DNA from: Nitrospira japonica
Lineage (GTDB): Bacteria; Nitrospirota; Thermodesulfovibrionia; Thermodesulfovibrionales; SM23-35
Length of the DNA: 18,805 bases
Reading direction: 5' to 3'
Assembly: GCA_020725385.1 (NCBI GenBank)
Contig: DYFC01000037.1
Location: 1 to 18,805, forward strand
How positions within the stretch are numbered: position 1 is the stretch's first letter; every line of letters starts with the position of its first letter. The notes beneath the pieces were generated by a model that had not been told where the DNA came from, did not search any database, and worked only from the letters and a program-made list of their open reading frames with translations. This document shows positions 11,561-18,335 of this stretch, piece after piece. The position numbers and the translations under genes are program-made.

Positions 11561-11592
11561 AAAGCCCTGCAAATTTGCAGGGCTTTTTTGTT
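11561..11592 (+). terminator. Rho-independent terminator after rpoC
   Basis: Perfect palindrome AAAGCCCTGCAAATTTGCAGGGCTTT (11561-11586) continuing into TTTGTT, 22 nt after the rpoC stop. Confidence 0.9.
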
Positions 11593-11785
11593 ACTATCCG
11601 GGATTCTATTCGCCAGACCAGGGATTATAAAAATACAAGCTTTCTTTAAGATCATCAAAATTCATAATTTTTAGCGACTACAAATATTGTCAACTTAAGT
11701 TTACAATAAAATTATAATAATGTAAACCAAAATAATAATAAACTGCAATCTTATTGAATTATAATAACAATTCTTACAATAATTA

Positions 11786-11815
11786 TTGACAATATTTTGA
11801 TGCCTGTGATATTTT
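11786..11815 (+). promoter_or_regulatory. Candidate sigma70 promoter for the 1320-aa gene
   Basis: TTGACA (11786-11791), 18-nt spacer, then TG-A-TATTTT extended -10 (11807-11815); very AT-rich upstream tract. SD GGAGG lies before ATG 11993. Confidence 0.5.
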
Positions 11816-11992
11816 AGCCAGAATTTTATGTAATTAATTCACATAGGGGTAATAATTTGATTGGAAATTTAATTTTGGTATGCACTTCTTGAACCCTACC
11901 ATAAATTACTTTCCATCATATTTGATATACCTTCAATCAATAATCAAATCGAATAAATAAGCTATAAAAATTATGAATTCTTTGGAGGAATT

Positions 11993-14900
11993 ATGAAACG
12001 TTTATTTGTTTATGCTAATATACTTTTAACATCATTAATTTTTAATCTAATTTTTTGTCTTAATCCGCTTTATGCGCATAAGCAATGTGATAACTTCCCT
12101 GTTCATCAATGGTTAGCTAACGAAGCTTTTTATTTATGGCCTAATGATATTAATCATGAAATTTATCAGTATATAGGTTCCATAGACGAAAGATATGATA
12201 ATCAAGAAGCATTAATTGGAAGCACAATTATAAAAGGGACACACGATGAAGATGAATATGACCCTTTATCAAATGTGGCATATAATCATTTTGAAGGTAA
12301 ACTCAGTAACTTTAATAGCCATTTCTGGGATAATAACCAATATGATATATCTATTTCTGGTTTGCCAATATTAGAATGGAAATTTTGGAGTGCAGTAAAA
12401 AAAGCAGAATTCTATTGGTATGGTGGAAAAGACTATTATCCTAATATAGAATTAACAGAAAACGCGAGTTGTAAAATCTGCATCCCTTTTTATGATCAAT
12501 ATATAGAATATAAATCTTCTGAAGTTTCATTTAGTGGGTTAATAAATCTATACATTAGAGGAGAAAAAGATAAAGCTTATTATTATTTAGGCAGATTAAT
12601 ACATCTATTATCTGATATGGGCGTCCCTGCTCATGTCCACAACGATCCACATCCCCTTCATGACTCATATGAAAGCTTTATTGCTACAGATAAGAATTAT
12701 CAAATGTTCACACATGCGAACTCTTACGGAGGAGAGACTGATTATGAACAATGTCCTGATAACTCACCTTGGAAAGAAAATTGGAATGATAAAAGTAAAC
12801 TCTTTAAGATATTCTATTGGCTTTCTGAGAAAGCAGATGATTTCGAAAGTAATGATGAAGATGGAGAAGATGAATATCATAAAAAAGGTCACAGTGTACC
12901 TATAAATAATATTATGGAATACCAGTCAGTATTTCATCCTTTCGAATGTAGTTCTAAAGAAATATATGCTTACTATCCCACTACTTATGCTGAAGCATAC
13001 AATCATGGGAAAATACTAATGCCTTTTACTATAAAAGCAATCGCGGATATTTACAAGCTTTTTTGGCATACAACAAATCCGTTTAATTTAAAGGTTACTC
13101 GCGAAGATGATAGTTTAGTTGAATTATCTTGGAATCCGCCATTAGGAAAAGAGGTTAAATCATTTATCAAAGCTTATAGGATATACATCGGAAATACACA
13201 CGGGCAATATTATACATATAAAGAAGTTAATGCTGATGAAACAAAAACAATAATAGATATGCTGCAGAATAATTCTACTTATTTTTTTATTGTAAAACCA
13301 TTTTATAAAAGTGATACGGAAGGTGGAGGTAGCAATGAAGTTAAAGCTATTCCAAAAACACATCAACAGGGATTATCAAAGATATCGGCAAATACAACTT
13401 TGAATTTCGGTACTCTTAGAACAAAAGGTCAATTAGTAAAAAAAATAAAAATAACAAATAAAGGCACAGCTTCTTTAATAATAAATTCTTTATATATTGA
13501 TGGGCTCAATTCTTTAGAATTTAGTCAGGTTAATAATTGTGATATAATACCATCGAAGAAGTCATGTTCTGTTAATGTTACTTTTTCACCAATATCTGCT
13601 GGAAACAAAATTGCAAATCTAAGCATTTTATCTAATGACCCTAATACACCAATACTAAAAATTAAACTTTCTGGAGCTTTGGCTCCTCCAGTTATATCTG
13701 CTTTTACTTCGGTAAGCTTTAGTAAAACAAAAATTGGTAATACATCTTCAAAAATATTAATGATAAAAAATACTGGAGGTGATGACCTTAAGATAAATAA
13801 ATTCGAAATAACAGGAAATGATTCATTAGAATTTAATCAAACAAACAACTGCAATATGATACCTTCAAAGAAGTCATGTTCTGTTAATATTAACTTTTCC
13901 CCAATATCTGTGGGAACTAAAACTGCAAATCTAAACATTTCAACTAATGACCCCCAAAAGCCTCTATTTAATATTAAGTTAAAAGGAATTTCGATTAATT
14001 CTGATTCTGCTAATCTTACACCTTATACACCATCTGGATGGTCGGATAAAATAGTGGTGTCAAAGGTGCAAAGCACACATACTGATGATGGGCCATATTA
14101 TACAACAGATACATTATATGTGGACTGGGCGGTACTCAATAACGGAGGTGGAGCAACGTGGGCAACTTTTTATACAAAGTTATATGTTGACGGTGTTGAA
14201 AAGGTATCCATACCGACATCAATAAGTGTCGCTTCAGGAGGAGATACAACGGCATCTGATTACAAAATAGGAAGTTTGAGTCAGGGACAACATACAATAA
14301 AGATAGTAACAGATGCAACTGGTGCGATAGCGGAGAGCAATGAAGCTGATAATGAATATACAAAGACAATAACTATCAATCCTCCGCCAACCACTTATTC
14401 CATCTCAGGAAGGGTAACCTATAATGGGTCTGGTCTATCAGGGGTTACGGTATCGCTCACTGGCGCTGCCTCCAGTTCAAGGACGACTGATTCCAATGGC
14501 AACTATACCTTTTTAGGATTGCAGAATGGCACATACACGATAACGCCGTCAAAGGAAGGCTACAGTTTTTCACCAACAAGCTTACAGGTTACGGTAAGCG
14601 GTGCCAATGTTACCGGGAAGGATTTTACTGCAACACAAATACCGCCAACTACCAATGTCTCTGGTTATTGGACAGGTCATATGACATTTAATTGGAGCAA
14701 CGGAACATCCAGTAACTCTAATATGGCTTATACATTAAATCAATCTGGAAATACTGTTACAGGGACAATATCGGATCTTCAGGGTGGCGCTTCGATTAGT
14801 AATGGTAATGTTAGTGGAAACACTCTCACCTTTGATGTCGTACTCAATTGTAAAAGCGGTAATAAAACCTTAACGTTATCTCACACTATATCAGGATCTA

Positions 14901-15955
14901 CACTAATCGCAACTTCTGCCTCGGGTGTTGGTTGCCCACAAGGCTCTGATGTGAACATTGCTAACTATTCTGGTACATTATCAAAACAGACAACTCCATC
15001 TACGCCAAGCAATATAGTTAAAGAGATCCCATTAAATCATAATGGTGGAGGCGTTGTAATTTCACCAGATGGTTTATTTGCATATGTAGGGATGTATCAA
15101 TCAACTTTGGTAGTTCGCATATCGGATAATTCGATTGTTAAAGAAATCCCTATGAGTTTTGGCGATTGCGTTATATCTGCAAATTACTTATACGCATGTA
15201 GCACTGATGGCCTACAAGTCATTCGTACCTCAGATTATGGGGTTGAAAAGGTGCTAAAGCCTAATATTGTGGTAGGTGCTTCAATAGATTACCCACAGGC
15301 TGTTGCAATTAGTAAAGATGGAAATTATGTATATACAACAAATCGATGGGGATCAATTTCCGTCATAAGAACATCTGATAATTCATTAATAGATACAAGG
15401 AATATGTTCCCCTGTTGTGCGTATAATTTACGAAATATCAAAGTATCAGCTGATGGAGCATATTTATATGTTATAGATAACATAAATCGTACTACAGGTG
15501 ACAATGAGCTTCATGTAATTAGAATTTCCGATTTTTCAATAGTCAAAACATTTTCATTCACTAACGAGACAGATGATTCACCATGGTTATACGATCTTGC
15601 TTTAATGCCAGACGGAAAAAATCTTTTCTTAGCTAAAGAAAGGGGTCCACTTCTACAAATTCAATTGCCTGATAATAATATTGTTAATTCTTTTGATGTC
15701 TGGCTTGAGGCATTAAAAGTCAAATCTGATGGAAAATATTTATATGCAGTTAGACATTGCGTTAAAAGGCTATATATATTCAGTATTATTGACAATACCT
15801 TATTCCCTTATAAACATATTGATTTAGATGCAAATACATGCCCGATTGATTTAGCAATATCACCCAATGGCAATGTCGTATATGTTAGTAGTGAGGCTGT
15901 TGATGCTGTTGATGGGAATGGTGACAGTGGTCTCATTACGATAATTGGCAATTAA
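11993..15955 (+). CDS. Secreted multidomain protein: signal peptide, Zn-dependent phospholipase C/P1 nuclease-like domain, FN3, two choice-of-anchor-D/ASH-type Ig-like domains, CARDB, carboxypeptidase-regulatory-like domain, unassigned beta domain, YVTN/YncE-like beta-propeller
   Basis: Signal peptide MKR+hydrophobic+LYA|H. Helical Zn-ligand motifs HQWLANEA, FNSHFWD and AYYYLGRLIHLLSDMGVPAHVHNDPHPLHDSYE. FN3: VELSWNPP..YRIY..LQNNSTYFFIVKP. Ig-like: LNFG..ITNKG..F..NNC..SCSVNVTFSP..SNDP, twice. CARDB: AIAESNEADN. Carboxypeptidase-regulatory-like: ISGRVT..SGVTVSL..TTDSNGNYTF. Propeller blades: ISPDG/ISKDG/VSADG/ISPNG. Confidence 0.85.
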   Translation: MKRLFVYANILLTSLIFNLIFCLNPLYAHKQCDNFPVHQWLANEAFYLWPNDINHEIYQYIGSIDERYDNQEALIGSTIIKGTHDEDEYDPLSNVAYNHFEGKLSNFNSHFWDNNQYDISISGLPILEWKFWSAVKKAEFYWYGGKDYYPNIELTENASCKICIPFYDQYIEYKSSEVSFSGLINLYIRGEKDKAYYYLGRLIHLLSDMGVPAHVHNDPHPLHDSYESFIATDKNYQMFTHANSYGGETDYEQCPDNSPWKENWNDKSKLFKIFYWLSEKADDFESNDEDGEDEYHKKGHSVPINNIMEYQSVFHPFECSSKEIYAYYPTTYAEAYNHGKILMPFTIKAIADIYKLFWHTTNPFNLKVTREDDSLVELSWNPPLGKEVKSFIKAYRIYIGNTHGQYYTYKEVNADETKTIIDMLQNNSTYFFIVKPFYKSDTEGGGSNEVKAIPKTHQQGLSKISANTTLNFGTLRTKGQLVKKIKITNKGTASLIINSLYIDGLNSLEFSQVNNCDIIPSKKSCSVNVTFSPISAGNKIANLSILSNDPNTPILKIKLSGALAPPVISAFTSVSFSKTKIGNTSSKILMIKNTGGDDLKINKFEITGNDSLEFNQTNNCNMIPSKKSCSVNINFSPISVGTKTANLNISTNDPQKPLFNIKLKGISINSDSANLTPYTPSGWSDKIVVSKVQSTHTDDGPYYTTDTLYVDWAVLNNGGGATWATFYTKLYVDGVEKVSIPTSISVASGGDTTASDYKIGSLSQGQHTIKIVTDATGAIAESNEADNEYTKTITINPPPTTYSISGRVTYNGSGLSGVTVSLTGAASSSRTTDSNGNYTFLGLQNGTYTITPSKEGYSFSPTSLQVTVSGANVTGKDFTATQIPPTTNVSGYWTGHMTFNWSNGTSSNSNMAYTLNQSGNTVTGTISDLQGGASISNGNVSGNTLTFDVVLNCKSGNKTLTLSHTISGSTLIATSASGVGCPQGSDVNIANYSGTLSKQTTPSTPSNIVKEIPLNHNGGGVVISPDGLFAYVGMYQSTLVVRISDNSIVKEIPMSFGDCVISANYLYACSTDGLQVIRTSDYGVEKVLKPNIVVGASIDYPQAVAISKDGNYVYTTNRWGSISVIRTSDNSLIDTRNMFPCCAYNLRNIKVSADGAYLYVIDNINRTTGDNELHVIRISDFSIVKTFSFTNETDDSPWLYDLALMPDGKNLFLAKERGPLLQIQLPDNNIVNSFDVWLEALKVKSDGKYLYAVRHCVKRLYIFSIIDNTLFPYKHIDLDANTCPIDLAISPNGNVVYVSSEAVDAVDGNGDSGLITIIGN
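13399..13996 (+). repeat. Tandem intragenic duplication (312-nt period, two Ig-like domains); boundaries approximate
   Basis: Identical 21-mer AAGAAGTCATGTTCTGTTAAT at 13556-13576 and 13868-13888. The flanking codons also align (IPSKKSCSVNVTFSPISAG vs IPSKKSCSVNINFSPISVG). Confidence 0.9.
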
Positions 15956-15989
15956 TAGTTATACTGACATTTTTGGGATATTTTAATGG

Positions 15990-16023
15990 GGGAGCAAATT
16001 AACAACTTGCTCCCGTCTATTTT
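15990..16023 (+). terminator. Possible intrinsic terminator after the 1320-aa gene
   Basis: Stem GGGAGCAA (15990-15997) / TTGCTCCC (16007-16014), followed by GTCTATTTT (imperfect U tract). Confidence 0.5.
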
Positions 16024-16383
16024 ACAAAATTATATGTTCGATGCAATTTCAGACCTGATTATTTCCTAAAGTACTAAACACTTACTTGATAATAACAAGA
16101 GAGTTTCTTTGATAAAGAAATGTTGCGTTTGAAGTTGTCCATCAAAATTTAACAGTAGTGGCTGAATGATAGATTTAGTAAATAGGGACACATCCCAATA
16201 TCTTTTGATGGTTTGTTTCTCGTGGCGTATGTTTAATTGGTATGTAGTGGACAGTAGGTCATTTGGGAATTTGTAGTAGTCAGAGCGCTATGTGAAAATA
16301 TTGTAATTATAGATTTGATTATGATGTCCTAACCTGATTGAGGTTTTCGATTACAACTTTGATATAATATACGTATACATGAA

Positions 16384-16632
16384 ATGGATGATTTTAAGTT
16401 TACACAATATTTTGAGAAGGAAGTATTGAGGAAAAGGCCGTATATCAAAAAAGAATGGTGTATTAAAGTAATCAAAGATCCTCTCAAAATGGAGCCTCAG
16501 GAGCATAACCGATTTCGGTTCTGGGGTATTATTAATGAGCTTGAAGGGCGTGTGTTAAGGGTTGTTACATTGCAAGATAAGAAAACAATCCATATGCTTT
16601 TCCCGATAAGGGGTTCAAAACGTGAAACTTAA
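16384..16632 (+). CDS. Putative type II toxin (DUF4258/RelE-like partner of DUF2283); C-terminus probably frameshifted
   Basis: Small basic ORF (KRPYIKKEWC..RFWG..GRVLRVVTL) directly upstream of DUF2283; TATAAT at 16365-16370. One added base near 16594 gives the ending HNAFPDKGFKT* with a GTGA stop/start overlap. Confidence 0.65.
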   Translation: MDDFKFTQYFEKEVLRKRPYIKKEWCIKVIKDPLKMEPQEHNRFRFWGIINELEGRVLRVVTLQDKKTIHMLFPIRGSKRET

Positions 16633-16840
16633 TTATTATCCTGATACCGATTCACTTTATATCGATCTTTCTGAGAAGCCAAGCGTTGACAGCAAAGAAA
16701 TCTCTGAAGGTATTGTGCTTGATTATGACGTCGAAGGTAATCTGGTAGGCATTGACATCGACAATGCCAGCAAGAAAGTCCATCTTAAAGAACTCACTCT
16801 TAGCAAGATTCCTGCAGATATTCACGCTGTATCAGCCTAA
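16622..16840 (+). CDS. DUF2283 domain protein (putative antitoxin)
   Basis: MKLNYYPDTDSLYIDL....SKEISEGIVLDYD.EGNLVGIDI matches the DUF2283 pattern; acidic, 72 aa, GTG start. Confidence 0.85.
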   Translation: MKLNYYPDTDSLYIDLSEKPSVDSKEISEGIVLDYDVEGNLVGIDIDNASKKVHLKELTLSKIPADIHAVSA

Positions 16841-17123
16841 TCTTTGAATGTCTCTCTGACATCAAGCAGAAAGAAATAGACTTGGTAAATACAGGGGCAG
16901 CGACCATGTTTCCCGGCATTACAGTTGTTTTATGAATTAAACCAGCCCAAGTTTTCTGATTAATCCGACCTTTTCTCAATAAAATTGCCTTATCAATGTG
17001 GCGCAGTTCCCATCTGTGATCAGAATGTAATCTTAGAAAATATTCTTATACCTAATTAAAGAAATAAAATATCCTAAGAGTCAGGTAATAATGTTGAGGA
17101 ATGGATAATATTTTAGGAAAATG

Positions 17124-17158
17124 ACGTAACGCGTAAAAAGTAAACCGTAAACTGTTAA
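17124..17158. repeat. Five degenerate 7-nt tandem repeats
   Basis: ACGTAAC GCGTAAA AAGTAAA CCGTAAA CTGTTAA, with GTAA at 17126, 17133, 17140, 17147 and GTTA at 17154. Confidence 0.7.
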
Positions 17159-17161
17159 TTC

Positions 17162-17281
17162 GTCATTCTCTGGCCCTCTGGTTCCACCAAATAAATGGCG
17201 GACAAGCAGGCCAGAGGATAAACTTGACCAGAGAATCCAGATTTAATTGCCATACCACAACCTTCTGGTCAAACCAGAAGG
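17162..17281. repeat. Nested REP-like palindromic element plus an inverted partner hairpin
   Basis: Outer ATTCTCTGG (17165-17173)/CCAGAGAAT (17228-17236); middle CCTCTGG (17175-17181)/CCAGAGG (17211-17217); inner TCCACCA/TGGCGGA (17183-17202). Second hairpin CCTTCTGGT-CAA-ACCAGAAGG (17261-17281). Confidence 0.7.
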
Positions 17282-17401
17282 CATGCTTGAAACTTTAAAA
17301 AATCAGAGAAGGTATCCAGTTTGAGTAAAACTAAAGGGCTGTCCGATAAGGCTTCCAGTATGGAACCTGTAATATTCCGATAAATCATGGTTGTACACTA
17401 A

Positions 17402-17434
17402 CCAATAAGTGGTTGAAAATCAACCACTTATTGG
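17402..17434. repeat. Perfect 15-bp inverted repeat downstream of the minus-strand toxin
   Basis: CCAATAAGTGGTTGA-AAA-TCAACCACTTATTGG; no good 3' U tract on either strand. Confidence 0.85.
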
Positions 17435-17453
17435 AAAAATATATGGTGTCGTG

Positions 17454-17747
17454 CTATGGATGAGGAGTTATTGAGATAATAGTGATTTGCTTTTCTTTAG
17501 GGCCATAATACCAGAATATCCTATATGCTGCCGGTGTAGCCTGTTCTGCGTATGCCTCAAAAACCTTTTCTCCCTGAGGGCCTTTTAGGGAAGTGAATTC
17601 ATGAGTCTGCAAACCCTGGTGTCTTGGATTCAGGGACAGGAATTCTAATGCCTTTTTTACAGCTTTGTAACGTTTTAAAAGTCCTTTGTCAATTTTAAGT
17701 TTGTTTAATTGTTCATCAGCTTCTTCGGTGAGTAAGATATCAAACAA
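17454..17747 (-). CDS. Putative RelE/ParE-superfamily type II toxin
   Basis: 97 aa with a RelE-like pattern: ILLTEEADEQLNKL..KKALEFLSLNPRHQGLQTH..VFEAY..AYRIFWYYGP..ITIISITPHP. TTG start; downstream of a small antitoxin-like gene. Confidence 0.7.
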   Translation of the reverse strand: MFDILLTEEADEQLNKLKIDKGLLKRYKAVKKALEFLSLNPRHQGLQTHEFTSLKGPQGEKVFEAYAEQATPAAYRIFWYYGPKEKQITIISITPHP

Positions 17748-17756
17748 TTGGGTACC

Positions 17757-18005
17757 CTATAGTTCATCAAGGTTAAGTTTTCTTAATTTACCTTTTGCTG
17801 CCTGTTTTAATCCCCTTTGAACGCTCTCAAGCGCTTGTTTGTTGTTATAAAGCCATTTCTCTGAGGGAGGGATTATATCCAGAACAGCCTCTATTCTTCT
17901 CAATTCTTCCATATCAATAACAGCTGCCATTTTATTGCCTTTGGTATCGGTTATGAATTGTTTAACTTTAATATGCTCATCCTTCTGTTTTGCTGTTACA
18001 GGCAT
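17757..18005 (-). CDS. Putative type II antitoxin
   Basis: 82 aa; strong SD AAGGAGG. N-terminal QFITDTKGNKMAAVIDMEE and C-terminal IPPSEKWLYNNKQALESVQRGLKQAAKGK resemble antitoxin segments; upstream of the RelE-like gene. Confidence 0.7.
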   Translation of the reverse strand: MPVTAKQKDEHIKVKQFITDTKGNKMAAVIDMEELRRIEAVLDIIPPSEKWLYNNKQALESVQRGLKQAAKGKLRKLNLDEL

Positions 18006-18021
18006 ACTAATCCTCCTTTAC

Positions 18022-18040
18022 TGTTATAAACATTATATCA
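18022..18040 (-). promoter_or_regulatory. Extended -10 promoter and candidate operator of the minus-strand TA operon
   Basis: TGATATAAT on the minus strand (18040-18032). Inverted repeat TGTT-ATA-AACA (18022-18032) overlaps the expected start site. Confidence 0.55.
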
Positions 18041-18335
18041 CATGACCTTATCCATCTTCTCAATAAAACGTGAAAATTATGAGGTCTCATCTTCAAACTT
18101 TACATCGTTCTATCAGATATAATCTAATTTTTCAATACAAGAATAAGGATTTTAATCATTTATTCCTACCTCATCGTTCCGGTTTTTCATATTGCACAAC
18201 CGGCATTACTAAAAAAGGTGGTTATAAAAATTCTCCATTCATGTGTAAAGAAAATGTCTTTTTTTACTCTAAAATAATCAGAAGACTGGGAAACTATCTT
18301 TACAACTTGTAAATTGTATTGACAATTTTTAAGAA

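Noticed and set aside
11816-11992. Riboswitch (e.g. c-di-GMP) in the long leader of the secreted protein gene
   Set aside because: No recognisable aptamer core or stable stems by eye; an Rfam cmscan would be needed to exclude it fully.
12633-14369. ORFs 12633-12905 (+), 13160-13366 (-) and 14136-14369 (-)
   Set aside because: They are nested in the 1320-aa gene and have no coherent protein features.
16835-16900. Integron attC site after DUF2283 (gene ends GCCTAA)
   Set aside because: The next base is T, so there is no RYYYAAC. No matching GTTRRRY or L boxes, and no integrase in the window.
16800-17045. Stop-free minus-strand frame between the TA pairs
   Set aside because: No plausible start with SD near its 5' end and no recognisable family motif.
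18070-18312. 80-aa ORF in the track
   Set aside because: GTG start without SD, composition typical of AT-rich non-coding DNA, no motif; probably spurious.
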